Of a stretch of 64,000 nt of DNA, positions 41,420 to 51,513 are shown one piece after another. The DNA lies in contig CBDBPB010000007.1 of assembly GCA_965208615.1 (NCBI GenBank), positions 256,001-320,000 on the forward strand, read 5' to 3'. This stretch comes from Spirochaetota bacterium. Its GTDB lineage: Bacteria > Spirochaetota > UBA6919 > CBDBPB01. The notes under the pieces are model-generated. The model searched no databases and was not told the origin of the DNA. It was given only the letters and a program-made list of their open reading frames with translations. Within the stretch, counting starts at the first letter, position 1, and each line of letters opens with the position of its first letter. The position numbers were made by a program, and so were the translations under genes.

Positions 41420-42628
41420 ATGGCAGATGATTTAAAAACACCGCTTTTAGATGAGTTATTAGATGGGCGATGGCCTAGCTTTGTCAAGGATCTTAAAAGT
41501 GTTTCTGATAAGCAACCTATGGTAAAAGATTTATTGGGTCAGCTTGAATTATCCTATAGTGATAATGTTGGGCATTGGAAGCATGGTGGACTTGTTGGAG
41601 TCATGGGTTATGGTTCTGGTGTTATTGGCAGGTATTCTGATGTACCTGATAAATTCCCTAATGTAGCTCATTTTCACACTTTAAGGATTAATCAACCATC
41701 GGGGTGGTTTTATACTACTGAGGCTCTTACTAAGCTGTGTGATATTTGGGATAAATATGGTTCTGGTATGACAAACATGCACGGGACTACTGGTGACGTT
41801 ATTTTTCTTGGAACTAAAACTGAGCATTTAGAAAACTGTTTTACTGAGTTAACAGAAAATGGATGGGACTTAGGTGGTTCTGGTTCTGCTACAAGAACTC
41901 CATCTTGTTGTGTGGGACCTGCTAAGTGTCAGTTTTCTTTATTTGATACATTAAATGTTACTTATGAGTTAACACAGAACTATCAAGATGAGATTCACAG
42001 ACCTGTATGGCCATATAAGTTTAAATTTAAGTTTTCTGGTTGTCCTAATGATTGCGTTGCCGCTGCTGCACGGTCTGACCTTACTGTTATTGGTACATGG
42101 AGAGATAGTATCCGCATTGACCAAGCTGAGGTGGCTAATTATATAGATGGCGGGATGGATGTTGTTAGTGATGTACTTATGCTTTGTCCTACAAAATGTA
42201 TTACTCTAAAGGGCAAGGAAATGATCATTGATAATTCTGATTGTGTTAAGTGTATGCATTGTTTAAATGTAATGCCAAAGGCTCTTAGACCTGGTACTGA
42301 TACTGGGGCATCTATATTGGTAGGGGCTAAGGCTCCAATTGTAGAGGGTGCATTATTGTCATCTATGATAATACCTTTTATGAAGATTGAGCCGCCTTAT
42401 GAGGAGCTTATTGACTTAATTGACAAAATACAAGAGTTTTGGGAAGAACATGGTATGAATAGAGAGCGTATTGGGGAGTTTATTCAAAGAATTGGTCTTG
42501 GTAGCTTCCTTGAGGAAATTGGGGTTGAGCCTATACCAGAGCAGATTACAGCTCCAAGGGACAATCCATATATATTTTATGAGGAGTATTTTGAAGAGGG
42601 TGATGAAGACGAAGAAGATGAAGAATAA
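41420..42628 (+). CDS. dsrA: Dissimilatory sulfite reductase alpha subunit, reductive-type signature
   Basis: TPLLDEL..G.WPSFV, HWKHGG, FHTLR.NQP, RTPSCCVGPAKC, KFSGCPNDC, CVKCMHCLN; acidic C-terminal tail. Confidence 0.98.
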   Translation: MADDLKTPLLDELLDGRWPSFVKDLKSVSDKQPMVKDLLGQLELSYSDNVGHWKHGGLVGVMGYGSGVIGRYSDVPDKFPNVAHFHTLRINQPSGWFYTTEALTKLCDIWDKYGSGMTNMHGTTGDVIFLGTKTEHLENCFTELTENGWDLGGSGSATRTPSCCVGPAKCQFSLFDTLNVTYELTQNYQDEIHRPVWPYKFKFKFSGCPNDCVAAAARSDLTVIGTWRDSIRIDQAEVANYIDGGMDVVSDVLMLCPTKCITLKGKEMIIDNSDCVKCMHCLNVMPKALRPGTDTGASILVGAKAPIVEGALLSSMIIPFMKIEPPYEELIDLIDKIQEFWEEHGMNRERIGEFIQRIGLGSFLEEIGVEPIPEQITAPRDNPYIFYEEYFEEGDEDEEDEE

Positions 42629-42751
42629 TATATTTTAGTTTTTAATTTATGATGTTAATAATGATTTACAATATAAATCTATTTTATGGTAGATAAAAAG
42701 TTATTTACTATAAGCTAAAAATTATACTAACTGATTTAGGAGGAATAGATT

Positions 42752-43828
42752 ATGGCTATGCCAAAAAGAGAAACTGATATAGGACCACCAAGTTATGAGA
42801 AGTTTCTTCATCCTGTTATAAAGAATAATTATGGTAAGTGGAAGTATCATGAGATTTTAAAGCCTGGAGTTTTAGTACACGTTGCTGAAAATGGCGACTC
42901 TATCTATACAGTAAGGGTTGGCTCACCTAGGCTAATAACTACTGATAAGATTCGTAAGCTTTGTCAGACTGCTAATAAATATTGTGATGGGTATTTAAGG
43001 TTTACCAGTAGAAGTAATGTTGAGTTTATGACTGATAAAAAAGAGAATATAGACCTTATAATAAAGGATGCTAGTTCTTATGATTTTCCAGCTGGTGGAA
43101 CTGGTAATTCTGTGTCTAGTATTGTACATACTCAAGGTTGGGTACATTGTCATACTGCGGCTACAGATGCCTCTGGGGTTGTCAAGTCTGTTATGGATGA
43201 GATTTATGACTATTTTGTTACTATGACCTTGCCTCACAGGGTAAAAATAGCTCTTGCATGTTGTTTAAATATGTGTGGAGCTGTTCATTGTTCTGATATA
43301 GCTATTCTTGGTATACACAGACGCCCTCCTACTATTAATCATGGGGATTTAAAGAACAAATGTGAAATACCTACTACTGTAGCATCATGTCCTACTGCGG
43401 CTATTAGGCCTACATCTGTGGATGGCAAGCCTTCTGTAGAGGTAATTGAGGAAAAGTGTATGTATTGTGGTAATTGTTATACAACTTGTCCGTCTATGCC
43501 TATTGCTAACTCGCTTAATGATGGAGTATCAATTTGGGTTGGTGGAAAGGTCTCTAATGCAAGGTCTGCACCTAAGTTTTCTAAGTTAGCTGTTGCATAT
43601 ATTGAAAATGAGCCTCCAAGGTGGCCTGGGGTATCTGCGGCTGTTAAAAAGATTATTGAGGTTTATGCTGAGAATGCCAGAAATTGGGAGCGTATTGGTG
43701 AGTGGATAGAGCGAGTTGGTTGGTCTAAGTTTTTCAAACTAACTGGATTTGAGTTTACAAAATATCATATTGATGATTTTAAAGGACCTATTAGGAGTTA
43801 TAATAACTCGACTCACGTTAGATTTTAG
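42752..43828 (+). CDS. dsrB: Dissimilatory sulfite reductase beta subunit
   Basis: [52 protein letters not shown]. Confidence 0.98.
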   Translation: MAMPKRETDIGPPSYEKFLHPVIKNNYGKWKYHEILKPGVLVHVAENGDSIYTVRVGSPRLITTDKIRKLCQTANKYCDGYLRFTSRSNVEFMTDKKENIDLIIKDASSYDFPAGGTGNSVSSIVHTQGWVHCHTAATDASGVVKSVMDEIYDYFVTMTLPHRVKIALACCLNMCGAVHCSDIAILGIHRRPPTINHGDLKNKCEIPTTVASCPTAAIRPTSVDGKPSVEVIEEKCMYCGNCYTTCPSMPIANSLNDGVSIWVGGKVSNARSAPKFSKLAVAYIENEPPRWPGVSAAVKKIIEVYAENARNWERIGEWIERVGWSKFFKLTGFEFTKYHIDDFKGPIRSYNNSTHVRF

Positions 43829-43839
43829 TTGGAGGTGTT

Positions 43840-44082
43840 ATGAGTGTTTCTATTGAACAGATAGCTGATGATATGTATAAGCTTGTGTCTGACGCTGCTG
43901 GAAAGAAAAAGTTAAAGCCTGGCGATTTAACCAAGTCTATTATTAAGCAGTACGGTGATCAGGTATCAAAAAAGGATTGCAAAGCTGCTCTTAAGACCCT
44001 TATTGACGGCGGAAAGTGTATATATGGTTATTTTGGTGGTAGTTCGGTAGAGCTTCCACGAAAAGAAGGGGCTGAGAATTAG
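43840..44082 (+). CDS. dsrD: DsrD-like small winged-helix protein (divergent type)
   Basis: 80 aa directly after dsrB; basic GKKKLKPGDL, KKDCKAALKTLIDGG, YGYFGGS wing; GGAGG RBS. Confidence 0.75.
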   Translation: MSVSIEQIADDMYKLVSDAAGKKKLKPGDLTKSIIKQYGDQVSKKDCKAALKTLIDGGKCIYGYFGGSSVELPRKEGAEN

Positions 44083-44092
44083 TTTATTAATT

Positions 44093-44120
44093 AGGCATCC
44101 TTTTTATTGGGTGCCTTTTT
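44093..44120 (+). terminator. Intrinsic terminator between dsrD and dsrL
   Basis: AGGCATCC-TTTTTATT-GGGTGCCT-TTTT. Confidence 0.75.
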
Positions 44121-44315
44121 AATATGTTATATTAGTTTTTATTGTTTTGTTTAGACTGTGGTTTATTTGTATATTATTTACTGAGCAATTATTTAATAAT
44201 AGTATTAAGGTATTTTGAATGGCTTAGGGTCAAAGTTTGGATATTATAAATAGATTAAATTTTAAAAGGCGATTTACGTCAATTTTAAATAGACAATACT
44301 AAGTTAGGAGGATAA

Positions 44316-45995
44316 ATGGCTATTAAGAAAAAGAAAAAGGTAGCTAAGAAAGCTAAAAGGAGTTTTGCTGCATCGGGTGCAGGGTCTACTCAGGTCTCTA
44401 GTTTAAGACCAAAGTATACTAAGAAAATACCACCGTGTAATGTTGCTTGTCCTAGTAGTGAGACAATTAGGAGTTATTTAACTACTGTTGCACAGAAGGA
44501 TGAGTATGGGCTAACCTTAGATCAGGCTACTAAAGATGCTTGGCATATTTTAACTGCTAAAAACCCATTTCCTTCAGTTTGTGGTAGGGTATGTCCTCAT
44601 CCTTGTGAGACTGGTTGTAATAGGGCTCAATTTGACACACCAGTGGCTATTAACAATGTTGAGCGTTATATTGGTGATTTTGGAATTAAAAACAATTTAG
44701 AATATACAAAGCCTAATGAAAAGTATTCAGAGAAGGTAGCTGTTATTGGCTCTGGTCCTGGTGGTATGAGTTGTGCCTATCAGTTGGCTAAAATGGGATA
44801 TTCTGTAACTGTGTTTGAGCAGTTTGCTGAGTCTGGGGGTATGCTTAGGTATGGGATACCGTCATATAGGTTGCCTCGGGATGTTTTGGATGCTGAGGTT
44901 CAAAAGATAGTTGATCTTGGTGTAGAGATGCGGTATAACACTAAGATTGGTAAGGATATAAGTATAGATGAGCTTAAGAAAGAGTATAAGGCATTTTTTC
45001 TTGGTATTGGTGCTCATGTTGGCTATGAGTTAGGCGTAGAGGGTGAGGATGCCCCTAATGTATACTCTGGTGCAGACTTTTTAAATAGGTTTAATGCTGG
45101 GGAGACCATTGAGGTTGGTGATAAGGTTTTGATAGTGGGAGGTGGTGATAGTGCCATTGACTGTGCCAGAACTTGTAGGCGGCTAGGTGCTGATGTTAGT
45201 ATTGTTTATCGGCGTGGTAAGGCTGAAATGCCTGCTATAGCTCATGAGATAGATGAGGCTGAGAAAGAAGGTGTTAAGCTTGAACTTTTGACTGCTCCTA
45301 TTTCTTTTGTTAAAGAGGGTGATAAAGCTACTGGTATGAATTGTTTACGTATGGAGCTTGGTGAGCCTGACTCATCTGGTCGTAGACGTCCTGTACCTAT
45401 TAAGGGGTCTGAGTTTGTTATTGAGGCTAGTACTGTTATTGCGGCTATTAGTCAGGAGCCTGATTTTACTGGATTTGAGCAGTTTAAGCATGGAAAAGAT
45501 TGGGTTAGGGTTAATGATCAGCGTATGACTAATGTGGATAGTGTTTTTGCTGGGGGTGATGTTATTGAGTTAATGTTAGTTACCACTGCTATTGGTCATG
45601 GTAGAATGGCGGCTGAGAACATTCATCATTATATTAGGGGTACTAAACCATCAGATGATAATAAGATGGAGGTTGTAAGCTATGATAAGCTTAATACCCG
45701 CTACTATAGTGAAAAACCACGTCATGAATATAATAGTATATCTTTAGAAGATAGGCTGGGTACTTTTAATGAGGTTAACTTTACTCTAAGTCCTGATGAG
45801 TTTTTAGAAGAGACTAAGCGATGTTTTAGTTGTGGAATGTGTTTTGACTGCGATAACTGTTGGAGTTATTGTCAGGATGGGGTTATTGAGAAGTTGCCTA
45901 AGGGTCAGCACTACGATTTTTATAAGATGGAGCAGTGTATTGGTTGTAAGAAGTGTGCTGAAGAGTGTCCATGCGGCTATATTGATATGATATAG
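44316..45995 (+). CDS. dsrL: DsrL iron-sulfur flavoprotein, DsrL-2 (YRR, NADP(H)) type
   Basis: PPC..ACP, VCGRVCPHPCE..CNR, GSGPGG, GGGDSA with IVYRR, RCFSCGMCFDCDNC and CIGCKKCAEECPCG. Confidence 0.92.
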   Translation: MAIKKKKKVAKKAKRSFAASGAGSTQVSSLRPKYTKKIPPCNVACPSSETIRSYLTTVAQKDEYGLTLDQATKDAWHILTAKNPFPSVCGRVCPHPCETGCNRAQFDTPVAINNVERYIGDFGIKNNLEYTKPNEKYSEKVAVIGSGPGGMSCAYQLAKMGYSVTVFEQFAESGGMLRYGIPSYRLPRDVLDAEVQKIVDLGVEMRYNTKIGKDISIDELKKEYKAFFLGIGAHVGYELGVEGEDAPNVYSGADFLNRFNAGETIEVGDKVLIVGGGDSAIDCARTCRRLGADVSIVYRRGKAEMPAIAHEIDEAEKEGVKLELLTAPISFVKEGDKATGMNCLRMELGEPDSSGRRRPVPIKGSEFVIEASTVIAAISQEPDFTGFEQFKHGKDWVRVNDQRMTNVDSVFAGGDVIELMLVTTAIGHGRMAAENIHHYIRGTKPSDDNKMEVVSYDKLNTRYYSEKPRHEYNSISLEDRLGTFNEVNFTLSPDEFLEETKRCFSCGMCFDCDNCWSYCQDGVIEKLPKGQHYDFYKMEQCIGCKKCAEECPCGYIDMI

Positions 45996-46022
45996 CTTTT
46001 AAGGTATTATTTTTATAAGATT

Positions 46023-46088
46023 AAATAGGTCTTTTAGTTTTTGTTTATGGTTTATAACTTTTTAAACATTAGCTAATAAGGCCTATTT
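46023..46088. terminator. Long imperfect hairpin after dsrL
   Basis: AAATAGGTCTT...TGTTTA...TAAACA...AAGGCCTATTT. Confidence 0.5.
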
Positions 46089-46250
46089 TATTATGCTTTT
46101 TTTATGTTTTTTAAAAAAGAATTTGGTTAAGACATAAATTATTATCATATTTAATATGTTATATTTTAGGATTTAATAACTTTTTTAATAAGTAGTAGAA
46201 AGTATATTATATTTTAGCTATCTTTGTAGAGGTTTTTAAGGGTTGTAGTG

Positions 46251-46430
46251 ATGAAAAGTGCTAAAAAGAAGGTTCTTAAGAAAAAAGTACGAAAAATAGG
46301 CGTTACTACTCAGTGTTGTGAGAATTATTGTAGGGATTGTAGGAATATTTTACTTAAGGGTACTAATGAGATACCCAATATTGCTTATCGGAACCCTGAA
46401 AGACCAGGCTATAAAGATTTTGAAAGCTAA
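46251..46430 (+). CDS. Small Lys-rich, Cys-rich hypothetical protein
   Basis: MKSAKKKVLKKKVRK leader then CCENYCRDC; same strand as the dsr genes. Confidence 0.65.
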   Translation: MKSAKKKVLKKKVRKIGVTTQCCENYCRDCRNILLKGTNEIPNIAYRNPERPGYKDFES

Positions 46431-46443
46431 TTAGGAGTTTTAT

Positions 46444-46680
46444 ATGGCAGATAGTTGCTTATATTATAAACCAATTGTTAATCAGACTGATAAACAAGAT
46501 AGTTTTGCTTTAAAGATGTCTTTTTTAAGTGGAGATGGCCTTTGCCCTGTGTGCAAGCGAGAAGGAAAAGAGGTAAAGATTGAAGAGCGTCTTGGGGATA
46601 CTACTTGTGAGAGGGATGGTACTTATGCTGTTTGTATAGACAATAACGGCGTTATGAAGCATGGCACATCTCTTGACTGA
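46444..46680 (+). CDS. Small Cys-rich hypothetical protein (possible metal binding)
   Basis: AGGAG RBS; five Cys including CPVC. Confidence 0.7.
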   Translation: MADSCLYYKPIVNQTDKQDSFALKMSFLSGDGLCPVCKREGKEVKIEERLGDTTCERDGTYAVCIDNNGVMKHGTSLD

Positions 46681-46828
46681 TTCTTGATAATAGAAAAGTT
46701 AAGTCTTACTTTTATATATTTTACTTAACAAAAAATACAATATATTTTCTTTCTTATTTGGACTTTTAAATTTAGAGTAAGTTATTATATAAAACAAGGT
46801 TTAAGAGTTTTTGTTTAGGGGTTAGTAA

Positions 46829-47476
46829 ATGAAACTATTTTTAGATACGGCTAATATAGACGAAATTAGAGAGATAAATGATCTTGGGATAATTGATGGA
46901 GTTACTACTAACCCATCCCTTATAGCAAAAGAAAATAGGGACTTTAAACTCGTAGTAAAAGAAATAGTAAGAATAGTTGATGGTCCTATTAGTGCTGAGG
47001 TTATAAGCAGTGATTCTGAGGGTATGATAAAAGAGGCTTATGACCTAGCTAGTATCCATGAGAATATAGTTGTTAAGGTGCCTCTTACTGAGCAAGGGAT
47101 TAAGGCTACTTCTAAGTTAAGTAAAGATAATATTAAAACTAATGTTACCTTATGTTTTTCGGTTAGTCAGGCTTTATTGGCGGCTAAAGTTGGGGCTAGT
47201 TTTGTTAGTCCATTTATTGGACGTATAGATGACCTTAGTTATTATGGAATCCAGCTTATTAGAGATATTGTAGATGTTTATCATAATTATTCTTTTAGTA
47301 CAAAGGTTATTGCCGCAAGCATAAGGCATCCTCTTCATGTATATGAATCTGCCATTAGTGGTTGTCATATTGCAACCGTTCCATATAAAGTTATAAAGCA
47401 GTTATTTAGTCATCCTCTTACTGATATTGGCATTGATAAGTTTCTTAAGGATTGGGAAGGTTTAAAGACCAGATAA
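46829..47476 (+). CDS. tal: Transaldolase / fructose-6-phosphate aldolase family
   Basis: [46 protein letters not shown]. Confidence 0.93.
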   Translation: MKLFLDTANIDEIREINDLGIIDGVTTNPSLIAKENRDFKLVVKEIVRIVDGPISAEVISSDSEGMIKEAYDLASIHENIVVKVPLTEQGIKATSKLSKDNIKTNVTLCFSVSQALLAAKVGASFVSPFIGRIDDLSYYGIQLIRDIVDVYHNYSFSTKVIAASIRHPLHVYESAISGCHIATVPYKVIKQLFSHPLTDIGIDKFLKDWEGLKTR

Positions 47477-47478
47477 TT

Positions 47479-48543
47479 ATGCTATCATTTATTTTATTTC
47501 TCCATGTATTGCCGTTTATGTCGGTTTTGGATACAGGAAAATATAGTTATAACTTTCCTTATGATCATAATGCACATCCACAATATCAGACTGAATGGTG
47601 GTATTATACTGGACATTTAAAAACCGTTAATGGGCATAGATATGGATATGAGTTAACTTTTTTTAAAGTAGAGTGGCCAGAGTCTTTAGTTAAACACCCA
47701 AAAGGCTGGAAGGCTAAACCTATTTACTTAGCTCATTTTGCAATTTCTGATATTACAAAAAAGCGTTTTTATTATGATGAAAAGATAAATAGGCCTATTG
47801 GTGATATTGCAGGTGTAGATAAGATTAATAGCTCTTATACTATTTGGAATGAAGACTGGAAAACTGTTATCACTAATAAGCGGCATAAGTTATTTGCCAA
47901 TAGTAAAGGCTTTAAGCTTAACCTTAGCCTATACCCTCTGAAAGAGCCTGTAGTTCATGGTATTGATGGGGTTAGTAAAAAGGGGAAAGAGCCAGATAAC
48001 TTTTCTTATTACTACTCTATATCCCGCTTAAAAACTATTGGTGAGATTATAATTGATGGTAAGGCTTTTAGTTGCTCTGGTCTTAGCTGGATGGATCATG
48101 AGTGGATGAATAATAGAAAGTATTTTGCTTTTGCTAAGTTAGGTTGGGATTGGTTTAGTATTCAGCTTAGTAATGGTATGGATATAATGATCTATAAGAT
48201 TAGGGATAAGGAGAACAAAGGGACTTTAAGTGGTACAATTGTTTATAGTGATGGTCGTAAAAGGCATTTAGGCTTTAGTGATATATATATAAAGGAATTA
48301 GAATATTGGCAGAGTCCATCTACTAAGGCTGTATACCCTATTAAGTGGGAGCTATCTATTTTAGGCTCTAAGATTAAGCTAAATATTAGTCCATATTTTA
48401 AAAATCAGGAGCTTAACACTTATAGGAGTACTAGGGTTATTTATTGGGAAGGTGCAACGAATATTTTTGGTAAAGTTGGGGCTAAGCAAGTAAGTGGACA
48501 AGGTTATGTTGAGATGACTGGATACACTTCAAATAGAGAGTAA
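47479..48543 (+). CDS. Lipocalin-like CrtC/AttH family protein
   Basis: FP.DH.AHP...TEWWYYTG, SYYYS, WMDHEW, GWDWFS.QL, YWEGA, GYVEMTGY. Confidence 0.85.
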   Translation: MLSFILFLHVLPFMSVLDTGKYSYNFPYDHNAHPQYQTEWWYYTGHLKTVNGHRYGYELTFFKVEWPESLVKHPKGWKAKPIYLAHFAISDITKKRFYYDEKINRPIGDIAGVDKINSSYTIWNEDWKTVITNKRHKLFANSKGFKLNLSLYPLKEPVVHGIDGVSKKGKEPDNFSYYYSISRLKTIGEIIIDGKAFSCSGLSWMDHEWMNNRKYFAFAKLGWDWFSIQLSNGMDIMIYKIRDKENKGTLSGTIVYSDGRKRHLGFSDIYIKELEYWQSPSTKAVYPIKWELSILGSKIKLNISPYFKNQELNTYRSTRVIYWEGATNIFGKVGAKQVSGQGYVEMTGYTSNRE

Positions 48544-48555
48544 TGGTAAGACTTT

Positions 48556-50121
48556 ATGTTTGATAAAAAGGATAAGGCTATTAATAACATTGAACTTTTA
48601 CAGTTATCTAATAACCTTACTAGTATTTATGGTATTGATAGTATTTTAAAGACTATTAGCAATGAGACAATTTCTTTGTTAAATGCTGATAGGTGTAGTA
48701 TTTTTATATATGATCCAATTAAGCAGTTGTTGTGGTCTAAGGTTGCCCATGGACTTGAGATAGATATTATTCGTCTTAAGCTAGGAGAGGGTATAGCTGG
48801 GTTAGTGGCTAAGAATAAATCTATTATGAACATTAGGGATGCCTATGATAATGAGCATTTTAGCTCTCATATTGATGAGTCAACTGGATATAAAACTAAA
48901 ACATTATTAGCTTGTCCTCTTTTGAACATAAGCCATGATTTAGTTGGTGTTATTGAGGTTCTGAACAAAAAGGACGGCAAGTTTAATAAAAGGGATGAGA
49001 ACTTTTTAGAAATTATATCAAAGTTATCTGCTATTGCTGTTGAACAAGCACAGCTTTATGAGTGGAATAGGTTATTAAGGCAATATAACGAAAACATTAT
49101 AAAAAATATATCCTCTGGGCTTATTGTTCTTGATGGTAATTTTAGAGTTACTATGATGAACAGGGTTGCTGAGACTATTCTTAATCCATTTACTAAGGGG
49201 CTAAATGGTAAGATAATTATTGACGAGGTATTATTTTTTAGTGAGCTTGAATCTTTTTTAGAAGACCTTAAAAATAATGGTAGTGCTAAAATAGATAATG
49301 TTGAGATTTCTTATAATAATGAGACTCGTTTTTTTAATATAAGAGCATCAGAGCTTAAATCTAAAACAGAAGAGGATTATGGCTATAACATATTAATTGA
49401 TGATATTAGTGAAAAGGTGCTTTTAGAACGAGAAAATAAACAAAAAGAAAATCTATCTTTAATTGGGAATATGACTAGTTCTATTATACACGATATAAAA
49501 AATCCTATCTCTATTATTACTGCATACTTACAGATTATGAATAAGAGGTCTGATGATGATAGATTTAAGCATTATTTTTCAATTATTGACAGAGAAATTA
49601 ATAGGCTGATTAAGATGACTGAAGAGGTTCTTCACTTTGCAAGAGGCGAATACAAAATTAATTTAGAGACTTGTAGAATAGGTGATTTTATAGAGGAAAT
49701 AACCCCTCTTATTAAACAGTTATTTCAGAAAAAGCAAATTAACCTTAAAATTGACATACAAAATGAAGATATTGTTACTTTTGATAGGGATAAGATAAGA
49801 CGTCTAATTTATAATATTGCATCCAATGCAGATGTTGCCATGGACAAAGGTGGACTTTTTGAGATTCGTATGTATAAAACTCTTAATAGTTTTAGGATGC
49901 ACTTTAAGGATAATGGATATGGTATTTCTAAACATATTTATGATAAAGTTATGATTCCTTTTTCTACTTATGGTAAGGCTGATGGTATTGGTCTTGGCAT
50001 GGCTATAGTCAAAAAGATAGTAGATGAGCATAAAGGGGATATAAAAATTAATAGCGAGGAAGGCGTTGGAACAGAAATAATTATTACTTTATCCCTTGAT
50101 CCTTACAAAACAGAGAAATAG
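48556..50121 (+). CDS. Cytoplasmic GAF-PAS histidine kinase
   Basis: GAF (ADRCSIF, GEGIAG.V, D..TGY.TKT.L..PL), PAS-like segment, HDIKNP H-box, DNGYG, G.GLG. Confidence 0.92.
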   Translation: MFDKKDKAINNIELLQLSNNLTSIYGIDSILKTISNETISLLNADRCSIFIYDPIKQLLWSKVAHGLEIDIIRLKLGEGIAGLVAKNKSIMNIRDAYDNEHFSSHIDESTGYKTKTLLACPLLNISHDLVGVIEVLNKKDGKFNKRDENFLEIISKLSAIAVEQAQLYEWNRLLRQYNENIIKNISSGLIVLDGNFRVTMMNRVAETILNPFTKGLNGKIIIDEVLFFSELESFLEDLKNNGSAKIDNVEISYNNETRFFNIRASELKSKTEEDYGYNILIDDISEKVLLERENKQKENLSLIGNMTSSIIHDIKNPISIITAYLQIMNKRSDDDRFKHYFSIIDREINRLIKMTEEVLHFARGEYKINLETCRIGDFIEEITPLIKQLFQKKQINLKIDIQNEDIVTFDRDKIRRLIYNIASNADVAMDKGGLFEIRMYKTLNSFRMHFKDNGYGISKHIYDKVMIPFSTYGKADGIGLGMAIVKKIVDEHKGDIKINSEEGVGTEIIITLSLDPYKTEK

Positions 50122-50131
50122 TCTAGTAGTT

Positions 50132-51421
50132 TTAGTTTTTTAAAGAAGGCTGTCCGTTGCTTTCAAGAATACTCTGCCATAATGCACCTTTTGGATCTAC
50201 CTGTTTTCGTTTAGAGGTAACAAGGGGTATTGGTAAATGGACAAACATATTATTCCATACGCCTACTATCATATTAGTTTTACCAGCCATTGCGGCGTGT
50301 ACTGCATTTTGAGCAAGGAAGCCGCAAAAAGCACTATCATTAGGATTAGCTGGAACAGAACGTATTATATAACTAGGGTCAATATACTTAAGGTTTATCT
50401 CATAATTTATAGACTTAAAATAATTAGTAATTTCTTTTTTTAAATATAGTCCAATATCACCGAGTTTTATATTACCAGATGGATCACTGCCCATTGACCT
50501 ATCCTCTACATATTTTTGTCCAGCACCTTCAGCAACAACGATAACAGCATGATCTTTTTCATCCAAGCGTTTTTTTATAGTTGTTAATAGTCCGTTATTT
50601 CCTTCAATATCAAAGTCTACCTCTGGTATTAGTACATAATTAACCTCTTTTAATGCAAGAGCCGCATTAGAGGCAATAAATCCAGAGTGTCTTCCCATGA
50701 GTTTTACCAGTCCAATTCCATTAGGGGCACCAATGGCCTCAGCATGGGCACTTGCAATAGACTCAGCAGCAGCAGAAAAGGCAGTCTCAAAGCCAAAACT
50801 TCTAGCTACATAGGATATATCATTATCTATAGTTTTTGGTATACCAATTACACTAATGTTTAAGTTTCTTTTTTTTACTTCATTTGCGATAGAGCTAGCT
50901 CCTCTAAGGGTTCCATCGCCACCAATGGTAAATAGACAGCCTATTTTTAACTCTTCTAAATAGTCTACTATTATGTTAATAGGCTGTTTACCCCTTGATG
51001 AGCCTAAGAATGAGCCTCCAAGTTTATTAATATCTTTTACTATGTTAGGAACGAGTTTTAAAGGCTTATGTCCATATTTTGGATTAAGTCCTTGATAGCC
51101 ATAACGAAAGCCTAATATATTTTTAACTCCATAGACATAATATAATTGTATTACCAGAGTTCTGATAACATTGTTAATCCCCGGACAAAGCCCACCACAG
51201 CTTACTATAGCGGCTTTAGTTTTACTGGCATTATAAAGTATTTTTTGTCTAGCACCAGCTTTTTCGAAAGAAGGAATATCTTTTCCTTGTTTAACTAAGG
51301 CTATTATGTCTTTGGCAAATATATTGTATAATATTCTCTCCCCATCGTCTGTAAATAATTGACTTTCAATGGGTGAATCAACATTAGGAGTACCAACACA
51401 CTCAATTTTAGTATCTATCAT
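50132..51421 (-). CDS. pfkA: 6-phosphofructokinase, ATP-type (GGDG)
   Basis: CGGLCPG.N, GSSRG, IGGDG, PKTIDND, LMGRHSG, YIDPSYIIRS. Confidence 0.93.
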   Translation of the reverse strand: MIDTKIECVGTPNVDSPIESQLFTDDGERILYNIFAKDIIALVKQGKDIPSFEKAGARQKILYNASKTKAAIVSCGGLCPGINNVIRTLVIQLYYVYGVKNILGFRYGYQGLNPKYGHKPLKLVPNIVKDINKLGGSFLGSSRGKQPINIIVDYLEELKIGCLFTIGGDGTLRGASSIANEVKKRNLNISVIGIPKTIDNDISYVARSFGFETAFSAAAESIASAHAEAIGAPNGIGLVKLMGRHSGFIASNAALALKEVNYVLIPEVDFDIEGNNGLLTTIKKRLDEKDHAVIVVAEGAGQKYVEDRSMGSDPSGNIKLGDIGLYLKKEITNYFKSINYEINLKYIDPSYIIRSVPANPNDSAFCGFLAQNAVHAAMAGKTNMIVGVWNNMFVHLPIPLVTSKRKQVDPKGALWQSILESNGQPSLKN

Positions 51422-51513
51422 ATTTAGGTTAACCCATAAGATTACTATAAGTTCCAATTTAATAGCTGTAATTACAAAAAAGAGTAACAGTAAGAGTTTT
51501 TTTATACTAAATA

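Noticed and set aside
44316-45995. Glutamate synthase small subunit gltD
   Set aside because: Has the extra C-terminal ferredoxin domain, lies after dsrABD, and no gltB is present
46251-46680. The two Cys-rich ORFs as one frameshifted or selenocysteine read-through gene
   Set aside because: The first ends in TAA, the frames differ, and the second has its own AGGAG RBS
29683-46828. dsr cluster as a recent mobile genomic island
   Set aside because: No integrase, transposase, tRNA or flanking direct repeats seen; composition resembles neighbouring genes
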